The notes beneath the pieces are model-generated. The model had not been told where the DNA came from. It searched no databases and saw only the letters and a program-made list of their open reading frames with translations. This document shows, piece after piece, positions 9,035 to 19,058 of a DNA stretch of 64,000 nt. Positions within the stretch are counted from its first letter, which is position 1. Every line of letters starts with the position of its first letter. The stretch is from a virus. Its lineage: Duplodnaviria; Caudoviricetes. Location of the stretch: positions 32,001 through 96,000 of IMG/VR virus record IMGVR_UViG_3300034065_000151; one strand, given 5' to 3'. Position numbers and translations under genes: made by a program.

Positions 9035-9869
9035 AAAGTTCTCCCATTGTAATTTGTCCAATACATGCATTTATAGAAGTTGAAGCACTAAGGCATAAAA
9101 CTTCCTGGGCAAAACCAATTGGTCCTAATTCACCTTTCATATCACTAAGATACTTTTCACCACGACCTGGAACTAAGTGCCATGGGAAATATTTTGGTTT
9201 GAAGTTGTTACCACCTGAGTTTGCTTCTCTCCAAAGAGTTGCAAATAAATCAGTATCTCCATTTGGTGTGGATGTAATAATCATATCACCACCTGTTGAA
9301 AGGGTTGGTGCAATAGAACGCCACATTTCAGTTTGGATTTTTGGTGAGATGAAAGCTAATTCATCAAGGTATAGTTTTGAAATTGCATAACCACGACCTG
9401 TCTTTGAAGTGGTAGCTTGGGAGATAATACGGGAACCATTATCAAATTCAATTCTGTGTTTGTTATAATACTTACAACCAGCCTTAAGCCAGTTAGGAAG
9501 TTCTTCATAAGCAAAGCGAATACGGTCCAGAATTTCCTGGGCATGGGTATCATTTTTAGATGCGATAACAATAGTCTTATCTTCATGGAACATTGCGAAC
9601 CATAATAAGAACATGGAAATAGTTTGGGTTTTACCAGACTGACGGGAAATAAGACCAATCAAACGAGATTCAGTTAAACAAGCCTGAACTAATTCTTCCT
9701 GGAAAGGATATAGATCAAACAACATAGTACCCTTGGTAGCATGTTGAAGATAAACATAATTTTTAATGAAATAGACTGGATCAACTCTACAACGTTTTAA
9801 TTCTTCTATGAGTTCTGGTGTATATTCAGATTCCGAAAATGCCTTTTTAATAAGTTCATTTTTAGCCAT
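8985..9869 (-). CDS. terL: Terminase large subunit ATPase half ending in a 36-aa split-intein N-fragment
   Basis: DPVYFIKNY, LYPFQ, RQSGKT Walker A, LYLDE Walker B, ITSTPNG; ends QEVL/CLSASTSI...ITMGELY. Confidence 0.92.
   Translation of the reverse strand: MAKNELIKKAFSESEYTPELIEELKRCRVDPVYFIKNYVYLQHATKGTMLFDLYPFQEELVQACLTESRLIGLISRQSGKTQTISMFLLWFAMFHEDKTIVIASKNDTHAQEILDRIRFAYEELPNWLKAGCKYYNKHRIEFDNGSRIISQATTSKTGRGYAISKLYLDELAFISPKIQTEMWRSIAPTLSTGGDMIITSTPNGDTDLFATLWREANSGGNNFKPKYFPWHLVPGRGEKYLSDMKGELGPIGFAQEVLCLSASTSINACIGQITMGELYANLESGEIEIHQFIN
8988..9095 (-). mobile_element. Intein N-fragment (IntN)
   Basis: Block A CLSASTSI starts where terminase homology (FAQEVL) stops. Confidence 0.8.
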
Positions 9870-9940
9870 GGTCCTACCTTTTAATATTAATCAATATACT
9901 ATTTACTGATAGTATATTATTTTTTTATCAATAAGTAGTT

Positions 9941-10285
9941 TTAATCGGGATTACGGATCATTGATTGTCGAGTGGTATAATCTTTATTACGACCTCGATT
10001 ATCTACAAAGCCAAAGGACTTATAAAATTTTTTGAGGCGGGTAAGAGAAGATGCACCAAATTCAATGGTTGGAGAAAGGGCAACTCTTTGTTTTGTGTTG
10101 TCTGCGTAAGCACAGACAGATTTCATAAATTTGGTACCAAGACCAGTTCTTTGTTTATCTTTATCAACTTTTATTATAGAAATAGTAATAGTACCTTTAT
10201 CTTCCCAGACAAATGCATCAATGCCAGGAGCAATAAAATTTTTACTAATATCACCTTCAGTAATAAATTGTTTAAAGGTTTTCAT
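9941..10285 (-). CDS. GNAT-family acetyltransferase with capsid-targeting leader
   Basis: MKTFKQFITE leader; IKVDKDKQRTGLGTKFM (acetyl-CoA motif A); FYKSFGF. Confidence 0.8.
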   Translation of the reverse strand: MKTFKQFITEGDISKNFIAPGIDAFVWEDKGTITISIIKVDKDKQRTGLGTKFMKSVCAYADNTKQRVALSPTIEFGASSLTRLKKFYKSFGFVDNRGRNKDYTTRQSMIRNPD

Positions 10286-10827
10286 TCCAGTAAACCTTTT
10301 ACCTTAAGAATACTTGGATCCCAACAGATAAAGTGTACTGTATGACCATCTGACCCGGGAATTATAGTAAATCCTTGATAACCAAAAACTTGAAGTTTTT
10401 CTAAGTACTTTGCGGCTTCATGTCTATAAAAATCATACCATACCTGTTCTAATGCATTACGATAGATTGGATTATATTTACAAATAGAATCAGTAGCAAC
10501 ATCAATAGCTCTTGATTTATTCTGATCCCAATTATAAAGATCATCTGGATCAGGACATTTTGAAATAAGAATATGAATACCACGTCTAATAGTTTTTACT
10601 TTGTCTGTTAATATTTTAGATTTAACCATATTAACCTCCACTTCATGGATATACTTACCATAAATTTTTGCATCTTCTGGGTTATTAGTAAGATAAACAC
10701 CCGGACCACGAGTATCATGACCTTGACCTTTACCAAGATGATCTAATGAAAAACTTTCAATCTTAGTATTACTTCCATGGTACCAAATTTCTTTGGCTTC
10801 AATTAAATATTCTTTAAAAGTAATCAT
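10282..10827 (-). CDS. Putative ADP-ribosyltransferase-fold protein (H-Y type) with capsid-targeting leader
   Basis: MITFKEYLIE; WYHGS...GPGVYLTNNPEDAKIYG. Confidence 0.65.
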   Translation of the reverse strand: MITFKEYLIEAKEIWYHGSNTKIESFSLDHLGKGQGHDTRGPGVYLTNNPEDAKIYGKYIHEVEVNMVKSKILTDKVKTIRRGIHILISKCPDPDDLYNWDQNKSRAIDVATDSICKYNPIYRNALEQVWYDFYRHEAAKYLEKLQVFGYQGFTIIPGSDGHTVHFICWDPSILKVKGLLE

Positions 10828-11555
10828 GGCTTCCATGCCTTTGCATATTCAAAAAAGTTTGATCCATCATGTTTCATATGGATAACATCTGCTCTGTCAA
10901 ATCTATAACACTTACTTGGATGTAATTTACCAGCATGCCCTAAGTGGGCACCACAATCAACAATTTTTAAAAGAAATTCATCATCCATTTTTGAAATTAA
11001 TTTTTTACCACCCTTAGCCCAGTACTCAATATCACCATCTTTTATTTTTTCTAAGTCTCTAACAGAAAGCCAAGCTTTAGCCATGTTAACTAATTCTTTT
11101 CCAATTGGTTTTAGTTTTTCATTTCTAATAGCATATTTTTCGTCTGCTTGATGCCATTTACTATTTTGATTAAGTAAATAATATAAAAACTCACCAATAC
11201 TATCTTCATCTGGAACAATATCATTAAAAGCAGTTCCAGTAAATTCAAATACAAAACCATACTGACCATAGACTTTAATATCTCTAGTACAATCTGATCC
11301 GGCCATATCACCACCAATACCATAAATCATTGCATATGGTAAATCAGTAGTTATATAAACCCTATCTTGTTGTGGTTTAAAATTTGACTTGGTTCTTTTA
11401 CCAGAATATTTAATTTCAGTATGAACTGGATCAAGTCCCTGTTCCCAAATACCTCGAGCAGCTTTTTCATTATTAGTTCCATGATAATAAACTTTAGCTT
11501 TATCAGATTCTCTAGGAGTAGCCATTTCAGCCACATATTGTTTAAATGTAATCAT
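10824..11555 (-). CDS. Putative ADP-ribosyltransferase-fold protein (H-Y type) with capsid-targeting leader
   Basis: MITFKQYVAE; YYHGT..AARGIWEQGL...RVYITTDLPYAMIYG...PDED. Confidence 0.65.
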   Translation of the reverse strand: MITFKQYVAEMATPRESDKAKVYYHGTNNEKAARGIWEQGLDPVHTEIKYSGKRTKSNFKPQQDRVYITTDLPYAMIYGIGGDMAGSDCTRDIKVYGQYGFVFEFTGTAFNDIVPDEDSIGEFLYYLLNQNSKWHQADEKYAIRNEKLKPIGKELVNMAKAWLSVRDLEKIKDGDIEYWAKGGKKLISKMDDEFLLKIVDCGAHLGHAGKLHPSKCYRFDRADVIHMKHDGSNFFEYAKAWKP

Positions 11556-12133
11556 AGGTGGAATAATATCTTTTCAATTTCATTAACAGTTTGATGATGT
11601 TTAAGTATATCAAAATGGCCAGTAGCAATAGGGATTACTAATTCTGCACATCCTGCTTCTTGCGAATTTATGCTTATAATGCCATCATTTGAACCATTAA
11701 TGAATGGATTGAACCCTTTGGTGCTAATAAGTGAAGCAAATTTACCGGTTATACGCGGTTGTACAGTCATCTTCTTAATTGTCCCACTTTGTGGGGTTAT
11801 ATCATCTAACACACCATAATTAGGTAGGAAATACTTAGTCGAGAACAAACTATCACTTCCACCAAATGGTGCTGATATAGTTACTAAATCTTTAACTTTA
11901 ATATTAGGTTGTAATGTTATAAGGTGGCCTAAGATACCACCGAGACTATGACCAACAATTGATATCTCAGTATCTGTAGGAATCTGTGATAATACTTCTT
12001 CAAGAATATTATCAATATTTTTAGATCCACTATAACTAATAAAAGTAGATTTATGAACAGAAAGCATCTCATCAATTAAGTTGAAAACTTCGGGACCACT
12101 TGCCATTCCATGTATCCAAACTATATGGTTCAT
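11552..12133 (-). CDS. Alpha/beta hydrolase (lipase/esterase)
   Basis: WIHG, GHSLGG nucleophile elbow, SAPFGGS, NDGII, GH. Confidence 0.85.
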   Translation of the reverse strand: MNHIVWIHGMASGPEVFNLIDEMLSVHKSTFISYSGSKNIDNILEEVLSQIPTDTEISIVGHSLGGILGHLITLQPNIKVKDLVTISAPFGGSDSLFSTKYFLPNYGVLDDITPQSGTIKKMTVQPRITGKFASLISTKGFNPFINGSNDGIISINSQEAGCAELVIPIATGHFDILKHHQTVNEIEKILFHL

Positions 12134-12948
12134 TCGTCTATTTCTTCCTGGTCTATCTCTTTATAGTCTCGTATAGCATCACGTATAAAGTGCCATTGAT
12201 CTGCTTCAATCATTAATACAGGACCACCTACCCAAACCTCTTGTTCACCTAAATTATGATGAATATCTTTAGTTGTACAAACATCAAATTCTAAAGATTG
12301 TGGACTGTATGCCTTATAGATATCTGTTATAAATTGATTTGCAAATTCGTGAAGGGTACCCATATCATGAATTTCAAAAGCTTTTCTGAATACCTCAATT
12401 GCTTTTTCATCACCAGCTTCTAATTTACCAGCAAACTTTAAAAAACTTCTCCAACTTGATGGTTTAATTTCGGGAATATCTTCCCAATAGTCATTCATTC
12501 TGTTTATAGTGACAAATATACCAAATAAGGTTACTCTTGTTCTCCATAAATCATGACCACTACATACACCAATTTTTACACCATTATATGGAATAACAAC
12601 ATAAGGATCACCAAAACCTTGAGTATAATTAAGACGAGTTGAACAGACAAATGAGCGAGAACGTTTTGGGTATGCATTCATTAAAGGATTGTTATCCAAA
12701 ATGGTTGTATAGTAATTTGTTGTGTTTTCTGATTGACGACGAGTTAATGCTGGATTAACAGTATAGGCTTTATAGCCACCCAAACGTTGTGATTCACCAC
12801 GATACAATGGTTTATCTTTGATAGCCATCCATGTAGCATCAGAACATTTTGTTTTATAGATTTTAACAGCTTCATCAATGTCATATTTTTTATACATTGG
12901 GGTTTTTGTAATAGCTGCTTCGTCAAGGTATTCTTTAAATGTGATCAT
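12130..12948 (-). CDS. Putative R-S-E ADP-ribosyltransferase, subfamily A, capsid-targeting leader
   Basis: MITFKEYLDE; LYRG...PKRSRSFVCST...EQEVWV. Confidence 0.6.
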   Translation of the reverse strand: MITFKEYLDEAAITKTPMYKKYDIDEAVKIYKTKCSDATWMAIKDKPLYRGESQRLGGYKAYTVNPALTRRQSENTTNYYTTILDNNPLMNAYPKRSRSFVCSTRLNYTQGFGDPYVVIPYNGVKIGVCSGHDLWRTRVTLFGIFVTINRMNDYWEDIPEIKPSSWRSFLKFAGKLEAGDEKAIEVFRKAFEIHDMGTLHEFANQFITDIYKAYSPQSLEFDVCTTKDIHHNLGEQEVWVGGPVLMIEADQWHFIRDAIRDYKEIDQEEIDE

Positions 12949-13745
12949 GAAAGTTCTTCTTTAATATCTGCCCACATATTTAGCGAGATTAATAATACCG
13001 GACCACTTACCCACACTTCATTATTTCTGGCATCATGTGGAAAATCTTCAGTTGTGCAACATTCGAATCCTGTTTCTTCTGGACTATAAGCTGCCATGAC
13101 TGTTTCTAAGAAATCATTTCTGTGTTTATCTGCTTGTCCAAAACTGATAGCATGACCTAATCTGTTATAAGCAGCTTCACCACCAGCTTTAAGTAATTTA
13201 TCAAACTCAATCCATTTAGACCAGTCAGTTGAAGATAAATTTAAATCAGTGAATATAGTACGATTCATATTGGGTAAATTACGTTCTCTATTAAACAGAT
13301 TAATTTTAATATCCCAAATATCTTCTTCAGGTACTATCCCGATCTTAACTCCATTGTATGGAATCATTATCATAACATCATCAGTATTATGAGTGTACTG
13401 TTCAGCACGACCGAATGAGGTAGAAGCAATAAAACTTCTTGAACGTTTTGGATAGTCTTTCATACTAGGAATATTATCAAATATTAAAGTATAAAAGTTT
13501 GATGTATTTTGGCTAGCACGTTCTGTTTTAGATGGATCAACAGCTAAGCAACCAGTTTTATTTAATTTTTTAATTGTTGTTTCATTTCTTTCACCACGGT
13601 ACAACGGACGATCTTCACTGATCATCCACATTGCATCTCTGCAGTGACTCTTAATGGTTTTGATTGCGTCAGATAAATCAACGGGGCTATATTTCGGATC
13701 CCGTGTTTTGGCGCGCTCATTTAAAAAATCTTTAAAGGTTAGCAT
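12945..13745 (-). CDS. Putative R-S-E ADP-ribosyltransferase, subfamily A, capsid-targeting leader
   Basis: MLTFKDFLNE; LYRG...PKRSRSFIASTS...NNEVWV. Confidence 0.6.
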   Translation of the reverse strand: MLTFKDFLNERAKTRDPKYSPVDLSDAIKTIKSHCRDAMWMISEDRPLYRGERNETTIKKLNKTGCLAVDPSKTERASQNTSNFYTLIFDNIPSMKDYPKRSRSFIASTSFGRAEQYTHNTDDVMIMIPYNGVKIGIVPEEDIWDIKINLFNRERNLPNMNRTIFTDLNLSSTDWSKWIEFDKLLKAGGEAAYNRLGHAISFGQADKHRNDFLETVMAAYSPEETGFECCTTEDFPHDARNNEVWVSGPVLLISLNMWADIKEELS

Positions 13746-13746
13746 T

Positions 13747-14070
13747 TTATTGACGTGTCAATTCTTTCCAGTTTACTAAAGGCATAGTAAGACGGATACT
13801 ACCCTTGCTGTCAATAATACTAACTTGTTCATTGTCACCAAGTTGAACTTTATAGTCACCAGCTTTAGCGATTACTTTTGGTTCTTCTTTTGATGGTTCT
13901 GAATTTGGTGGAGGTGTTTCTTGTTCAGTGCCTTCAGGACCTTGTTGTGAAGTAGCAGAACCCTGTGGCATGCCACCTTGAGTCTGTTTATCTAAACTAC
14001 CATTACCACCTGGCATATCATCTTCAGCAAGCTGGGTTGTGATTGCAGTAAGTTCTTTTAAAAAATTCAT
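13747..14070 (-). CDS. Putative internal head protein
   Basis: MNFLKEL...QLAE leader; low-complexity middle. Confidence 0.55.
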   Translation of the reverse strand: MNFLKELTAITTQLAEDDMPGGNGSLDKQTQGGMPQGSATSQQGPEGTEQETPPPNSEPSKEEPKVIAKAGDYKVQLGDNEQVSIIDSKGSIRLTMPLVNWKELTRQ

Positions 14071-14081
14071 TGTATTTCCTT

Positions 14082-14387
14082 TTATTTTGGGGTCTCGAAA
14101 TCGAGCGGGTTTTCATCCTTAGGGATAAAATATAACTGCTTGGCATCAGCACCATTTGGTGGATCAACTCTTGCAAACTTCTTATTCAAAAACGTGAATA
14201 GACTTATAATCCATGCACCACCAACAGTATCAATGACCTTATGCTTTTCTTCATGAGCTTTCATTAAGATATCATCTTTAACATCAAGAATTGAAACCAC
14301 ATCAGGAACACCTAATAATTTTTTAGCCATGGCAGATGCCTGAGCTTGTACTGCAATTTCAACTAGATACTGTTTGAATGTAATCAT
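14082..14387 (-). CDS. Putative internal head protein
   Basis: MITFKQYLVE leader. Confidence 0.6.
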   Translation of the reverse strand: MITFKQYLVEIAVQAQASAMAKKLLGVPDVVSILDVKDDILMKAHEEKHKVIDTVGGAWIISLFTFLNKKFARVDPPNGADAKQLYFIPKDENPLDFETPK

Positions 14388-15190
14388 TTTCTTTCTCTAA
14401 CAACGCGTAAATTGGTAGCTTTAAGTTCAACTGTATCTGGATGATCTTCACCATCACGATCGAATTCAACAACAAAAGTCCTACCACCATCAATTGACTT
14501 ACCAACTTTAACAATAGTTGCTTCCCAACCCACTGCATCTTTTGGACCACTTTTAATCTTAACTCTTACACCCTTTTGGAATGGGGAAATATCATCAATA
14601 AATCCAGCAGATGCTTTTTTCTTTGCTACTGGCTTACCTTTGTTTTGTGATGACCAATGGCCTTTGTGAGCTTCATGTAATACTTTACCAGTACCTTCAT
14701 CAGCACCACCTTCTTCAGATGGGTCCCAAACACCAAAGCGACGATCGATACCAGGAACTTCTGCACTGACAGTCATCTTACCACCTTCCATACGGCCATT
14801 GAAACGCATCTTGGCAGCTTGGGTTGGATGGGATGTCTTAACAGCTTTCTTCCAATCATCAATATTCGTATATGTTACTTCTTCAGCAACTTTTAAAAGT
14901 TTTGCTTTAAAACCTTCAGCATATGAAGATACATCTTCTTTAACTTTTTTAGACTTGACTTTTTCACCAAGATCATCAATCTCTTGCTGCATCTTATTCA
15001 ATGTCTTTTCCAAATCTTTATAGGCTTTCTTCTCAGCAGTCAAATTCTTTAACTGACGCTGGAGCATGATAAACTTACGACGTTTATCAATAAGTGACTG
15101 GCGCATTAAGGCAATAGTATCCTCATTGGCTTTTGTAATAGCTGTTAGTTTGATAGCTTCATTAACTGGTTTGATATCACTGATTTTCAT
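14384..15190 (-). CDS. Putative internal head protein with C-terminal KOW/SH3-like domain
   Basis: Several (V/L)xE sites; coiled coil; FQKGVRVKIKSGP..VGWEATIVKV. Confidence 0.55.
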   Translation of the reverse strand: MKISDIKPVNEAIKLTAITKANEDTIALMRQSLIDKRRKFIMLQRQLKNLTAEKKAYKDLEKTLNKMQQEIDDLGEKVKSKKVKEDVSSYAEGFKAKLLKVAEEVTYTNIDDWKKAVKTSHPTQAAKMRFNGRMEGGKMTVSAEVPGIDRRFGVWDPSEEGGADEGTGKVLHEAHKGHWSSQNKGKPVAKKKASAGFIDDISPFQKGVRVKIKSGPKDAVGWEATIVKVGKSIDGGRTFVVEFDRDGEDHPDTVELKATNLRVVRERK

Positions 15191-15222
15191 AGTATCCTCA
15201 AGATTGGTTAATTATTTATTGA

Positions 15223-15921
15223 TTATGACAACAATTTAACCACATCTCGTGTGAAACCATCATTCCAATTGAGTGTGTAATATTCAGTACAATGGATCAT
15301 AATTTCCGGACCATCACCATCACCCATTGCTTTTTTCAAATCATGGTCGATATATGGGTTAACCTTTTCTAAATACTTTTTAATAATCTCGGCATACTCC
15401 TCGGAATCCACTGGTGGTAAGGAAGTACTTAATTGTAAAGCATGGGTGATATCACCATAGCCTTCACGATTTTCATCACTTCTGTTTTCTTTGCTTTTCT
15501 TATTATCAAAGAAACGGTAAGCATCAAGGATTTTTGGAGACCATACATATTTGTATTCTCCTATTGGGAATACTATAAAAGCATCTCCATATTCTTCGGC
15601 GACATGACGACGGCCAGTTGTAAATACGGCATTACTTCTAAATTTGATACCAAACTTACTTTTGAAATAATTATCCAATACTTCATGGATTTCTTCAGAT
15701 GAATCTGTTGGACCACGATTGGTTCTTACTTTTTGTGTTGAGAATGCAGGAAGTTGCATATGACCGGAAACCCCACGCCATAAAGTATGATCATCCATAT
15801 TATTATAAGAGAATCCACTTTCCTTTAGGAAAGGTTGACAGTTAGCCTTAATCAAATCAGCAACTTGTTGAGGAGTCTGCTTTTCTTCTTTTTCATTTAG
15901 GAATTGTTTAAATGTTATCAT
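15223..15921 (-). CDS. Putative ADP-ribosyltransferase, subfamily B, capsid-targeting leader
   Basis: MITFKQFLNE; LWRG...RSNAVFTTG..VAEEYG.AFIVFPIG...PEIMIHC. Confidence 0.6.
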   Translation of the reverse strand: MITFKQFLNEKEEKQTPQQVADLIKANCQPFLKESGFSYNNMDDHTLWRGVSGHMQLPAFSTQKVRTNRGPTDSSEEIHEVLDNYFKSKFGIKFRSNAVFTTGRRHVAEEYGDAFIVFPIGEYKYVWSPKILDAYRFFDNKKSKENRSDENREGYGDITHALQLSTSLPPVDSEEYAEIIKKYLEKVNPYIDHDLKKAMGDGDGPEIMIHCTEYYTLNWNDGFTRDVVKLLS

Positions 15922-16577
15922 AATAGTTCCAATACTCTTTCAGTAAATTTATCTGGTAGACGGCTATCATATCTCAATGCATAATAGCTATCACAGTGTA
16001 TCATTATTTCATGACGAGATACAATAGCTTTAGCTAATTCATTGCTTTTATATGGATTAACTTTTCTAAGGTACTCACCAATGTCATCAACATAATCATC
16101 ACTTTCTCTAGCAATATCTTTACCTAATACATCACACATATCAGGAATACCATCAGCTTTAGGTTGAGCAAAATATGAATAAGCATCTTCAATTTTAGGT
16201 GACCAAATAAATTTGAAATTACCAATAGGAAATACTAAAAATGCATGACCATAGTTCTCAGCAATTTTTTCACTGCCGGTGACAAAAAAGGCTTCTGATC
16301 TATATTCAACCCCAAACTTTTCATCAAAGTACTTATTGAGTTCATTATGAATATAGCGATTAGTATCAACCGGATCACGTTGCATCCAACGTGTTTGTTT
16401 TGAAAATATAGGAAGGTCTACATAATCACCAACTCCACGGAATAATGATGTATCATTAAGTTCTCGTGGATCAAAACCACTCTGTGCCAAAAATGAATGA
16501 CAGTGCTCAATTATTAATTCAGCAGCTACTTCTGGTGTTTGAGTTTCTTCATTTAAGAATTGGCGGAAGGTAATCAT
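15918..16577 (-). CDS. Putative ADP-ribosyltransferase, subfamily B, capsid-targeting leader
   Basis: MITFRQFLNE; LFRG...RSEAFFVTG..IAENYG...HEIMIHC. Confidence 0.6.
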   Translation of the reverse strand: MITFRQFLNEETQTPEVAAELIIEHCHSFLAQSGFDPRELNDTSLFRGVGDYVDLPIFSKQTRWMQRDPVDTNRYIHNELNKYFDEKFGVEYRSEAFFVTGSEKIAENYGHAFLVFPIGNFKFIWSPKIEDAYSYFAQPKADGIPDMCDVLGKDIARESDDYVDDIGEYLRKVNPYKSNELAKAIVSRHEIMIHCDSYYALRYDSRLPDKFTERVLELL

Positions 16578-17266
16578 AATAAGTCTAATACCTCTTTGGT
16601 AAAATCTATTTTTGCACGGTTACTCTTACCATAATATAAAGTATAGTAGTTTTCACAATGAATCATAATTTCAGAATCATGATCAATTGCTTTAGATAAA
16701 TTGGTATCTTTATAAGGATGTGTTTTTTCTAAATACTGTTTAATAGCTTTACAATAATTTCTGTTATTTGAATCTTCATCATGATCAATATATTCAATCT
16801 TATGACCAAATATTTCATGATAGTCATTCATAAATTCACGATTTTCAGCATCAAAGAATAGATAAGCATCCCTAATCTGTTCTGACCAAATATATTGATA
16901 ATTACCAATTGGGAATATTATATAAGCACACCCATAATCCCTGGCTAATGAACAGGAACTAGTAGCAAAGAATGCATTACTACGATAGTTAATTCCAAAT
17001 TGTTCCATAAAATATTCATTTAATGTTTCATGTTGAAGTTTACTTGTATCTTTTGGTTGACGATTCATTTCAACACGGTTTTTGTGGAATGCTGGAAGTT
17101 CTGCTTTGATCCCACGATATAATTCATGTTGTGGACCAAAACCTTTAAATCTACTTTCTTCAAGAAACTTGGCGCAGTCTTTTTTAATTTTTTCGGCTGC
17201 TTGCTCTGGTGTAAAGTCACCTAGTTCATTATCACCTTCATTTAGAAACTGTTTAAATGTAATCAT
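16574..17266 (-). CDS. Putative ADP-ribosyltransferase, subfamily B, capsid-targeting leader
   Basis: MITFKQFLNE; LYRG...RSNAFFATSS..LARDYG...SEIMIHC. Confidence 0.6.
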   Translation of the reverse strand: MITFKQFLNEGDNELGDFTPEQAAEKIKKDCAKFLEESRFKGFGPQHELYRGIKAELPAFHKNRVEMNRQPKDTSKLQHETLNEYFMEQFGINYRSNAFFATSSCSLARDYGCAYIIFPIGNYQYIWSEQIRDAYLFFDAENREFMNDYHEIFGHKIEYIDHDEDSNNRNYCKAIKQYLEKTHPYKDTNLSKAIDHDSEIMIHCENYYTLYYGKSNRAKIDFTKEVLDLL

Positions 17267-17907
17267 ACAGTCTCCATAAATGGTTTTACTAGTTCATTAT
17301 AAACAGAACCATTAAGATCAAAAATATAATATTCACCACACTTAAACATAATTTCATTTCCTGCACGCAGGCATTCTTTAATATCAGTATTATGATACCA
17401 TCTAAAGTGTTTTAATTTAGCTAACATTCTGTCCCAAGCAGATTCCATTCTTTTATCACCACTTGGATCATTTTTATTATCTATTGGGGTAGCATCTTTA
17501 GTATCCCAAAAAAAGCTTGTCATATCTTTAGATTCTTTATTAATACCACTTATCCATTCAAATTTTCCAATGGGAAATATTGCATATACTTTACCATATA
17601 CAGTTGCTACAGCATTATGTCCACTGGCAAATATCCAATTACGGATTGGCTCACCAAATTTTTCAGTAAAGAATTCATTTAGTTTTTTATGGATATAATC
17701 AGGAGTGCTCATTGGTGACCAACGGGCTTCCCATTTATTGATAGCCCAATTCTTAGTACCTTTGAAAGAAGCACCACGGTACATTACTAAATTACCTTGG
17801 GAACCCTTAAGTTCACCAAGGTAAAAAGCACAATCCTTTTTAAATTTATCTAAGTCAAAGTCATCAAAGGCTTTATCTTCAGATAAGAACTGTTTGAAAG
17901 AAATCAT
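17263..17907 (-). CDS. Putative ADP-ribosyltransferase, subfamily B, capsid-targeting leader
   Basis: MISFKQFLSE; MYRG...RNWIFASG..VATVYG...NEIMFKC. Confidence 0.58.
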   Translation of the reverse strand: MISFKQFLSEDKAFDDFDLDKFKKDCAFYLGELKGSQGNLVMYRGASFKGTKNWAINKWEARWSPMSTPDYIHKKLNEFFTEKFGEPIRNWIFASGHNAVATVYGKVYAIFPIGKFEWISGINKESKDMTSFFWDTKDATPIDNKNDPSGDKRMESAWDRMLAKLKHFRWYHNTDIKECLRAGNEIMFKCGEYYIFDLNGSVYNELVKPFMETV

Positions 17908-18611
17908 TCTTCGCCAAAGGAACCTATATGTTGATTCTTAAGACGAGTAATACCATTTCTTAAGTTGATTAGGAATTGTTCGATATCACCAATAGTTTGG
18001 GTCATATCTTTCCACTGAGTTTCAAATTCAGGAGTCCATGTCTTAGCTGACATCATCAAGTTACGACGATAACTAGTTACTTTATTTTTATTGTTTGGAT
18101 CTACTCTATTAAGTTCACTAACTAAATTATTATTTTCTTCTTCAAGTTTGTCAACCAAAGCAACAAGTTTTTCATCATTGACTTTAACTTTTTTTAACCA
18201 ATAGGTTAAAAGACCATGTGCATCTTGATGTTTAGCAACATCGATAACAGTATTCAAACCTTCAATCATTTTGTCTAAACGGAATTCTTTACGATCGACA
18301 CGTGGTAAGTACTTAGCCAAGATTGGTTTGATAAAGGATTCAAGATAGTCTTCAAGAGCTTTTTCATTTTCCTTACGATCACCCCATTTACCACTTAAGC
18401 CTTTAATAGCCAAAGCTTTAGGGAAATCACCATCATTGTAATAACGATAATAAGCACGGAAGATAGTATCTTTCTTTGCTTTTTCACCAGCCGTTAAAAT
18501 ACCCTTATCATACATCCATGACATAAGAGCATCAACCTTTTTAAGGCGACCTTCCCAAGCACGACCGGCAGAGGAGGCTTCATTTATTTGGTGCAATTCT
18601 TTAAGTAACAT
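17904..18611 (-). CDS. Putative internal head protein
   Basis: MLLKELHQINE leader; YYRYYNDGD motif. Confidence 0.55.
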   Translation of the reverse strand: MLLKELHQINEASSAGRAWEGRLKKVDALMSWMYDKGILTAGEKAKKDTIFRAYYRYYNDGDFPKALAIKGLSGKWGDRKENEKALEDYLESFIKPILAKYLPRVDRKEFRLDKMIEGLNTVIDVAKHQDAHGLLTYWLKKVKVNDEKLVALVDKLEEENNNLVSELNRVDPNNKNKVTSYRRNLMMSAKTWTPEFETQWKDMTQTIGDIEQFLINLRNGITRLKNQHIGSFGEE

Positions 18612-18698
18612 TTTGGTTTCCTTGTGTTAATTTACTTCTATGTGTAAGGTATTCATTATAATCTAATACCCAGTCTTTTATTCATTTATTTAAGCTTT

Positions 18699-19058
18699 TT
18701 ACTTGTTTCTGTCCATAAATTCTTTGTATTTCTTTTTATACCATTCATGGGTATCCATATTCCCCCTTTTACCATAATCCATCAATAGTTCAATATATTG
18801 ATCAGTGGCATGTTCATCCTTTGAAATAGCCTTCTCTCCTTTGGGAAAGGGACCATCAAGAACTGTTTGTGCATATAAAAGAGCAACCTCTGCATCTTTA
18901 GCAAGTATATTTTCATGTTTCTTTAATGCAGCAGGATCATTATGGTATTTTTGCCATACCAATCTTGGTACTGTTTCATGTGCTTTATCATATCCATGCA
19001 CAGACTCTGGCTTATCATGAAATTTATAAAGGCTTGAATATAGATTATTACTTGTCAT
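18699..19058 (-). CDS. Helical-repeat family protein (LYxxH-P-HG family)
   Basis: Paralog of 19055..19570 and 44622..44876; YAQTVLDGPFPKGEKAISK unit. Confidence 0.65.
   Translation of the reverse strand: MTSNNLYSSLYKFHDKPESVHGYDKAHETVPRLVWQKYHNDPAALKKHENILAKDAEVALLYAQTVLDGPFPKGEKAISKDEHATDQYIELLMDYGKRGNMDTHEWYKKKYKEFMDRNK

Noticed and set aside
11552-12133. Alpha/beta hydrolase as part of the packaged cargo
   Set aside because: It sits in the array but lacks the leader
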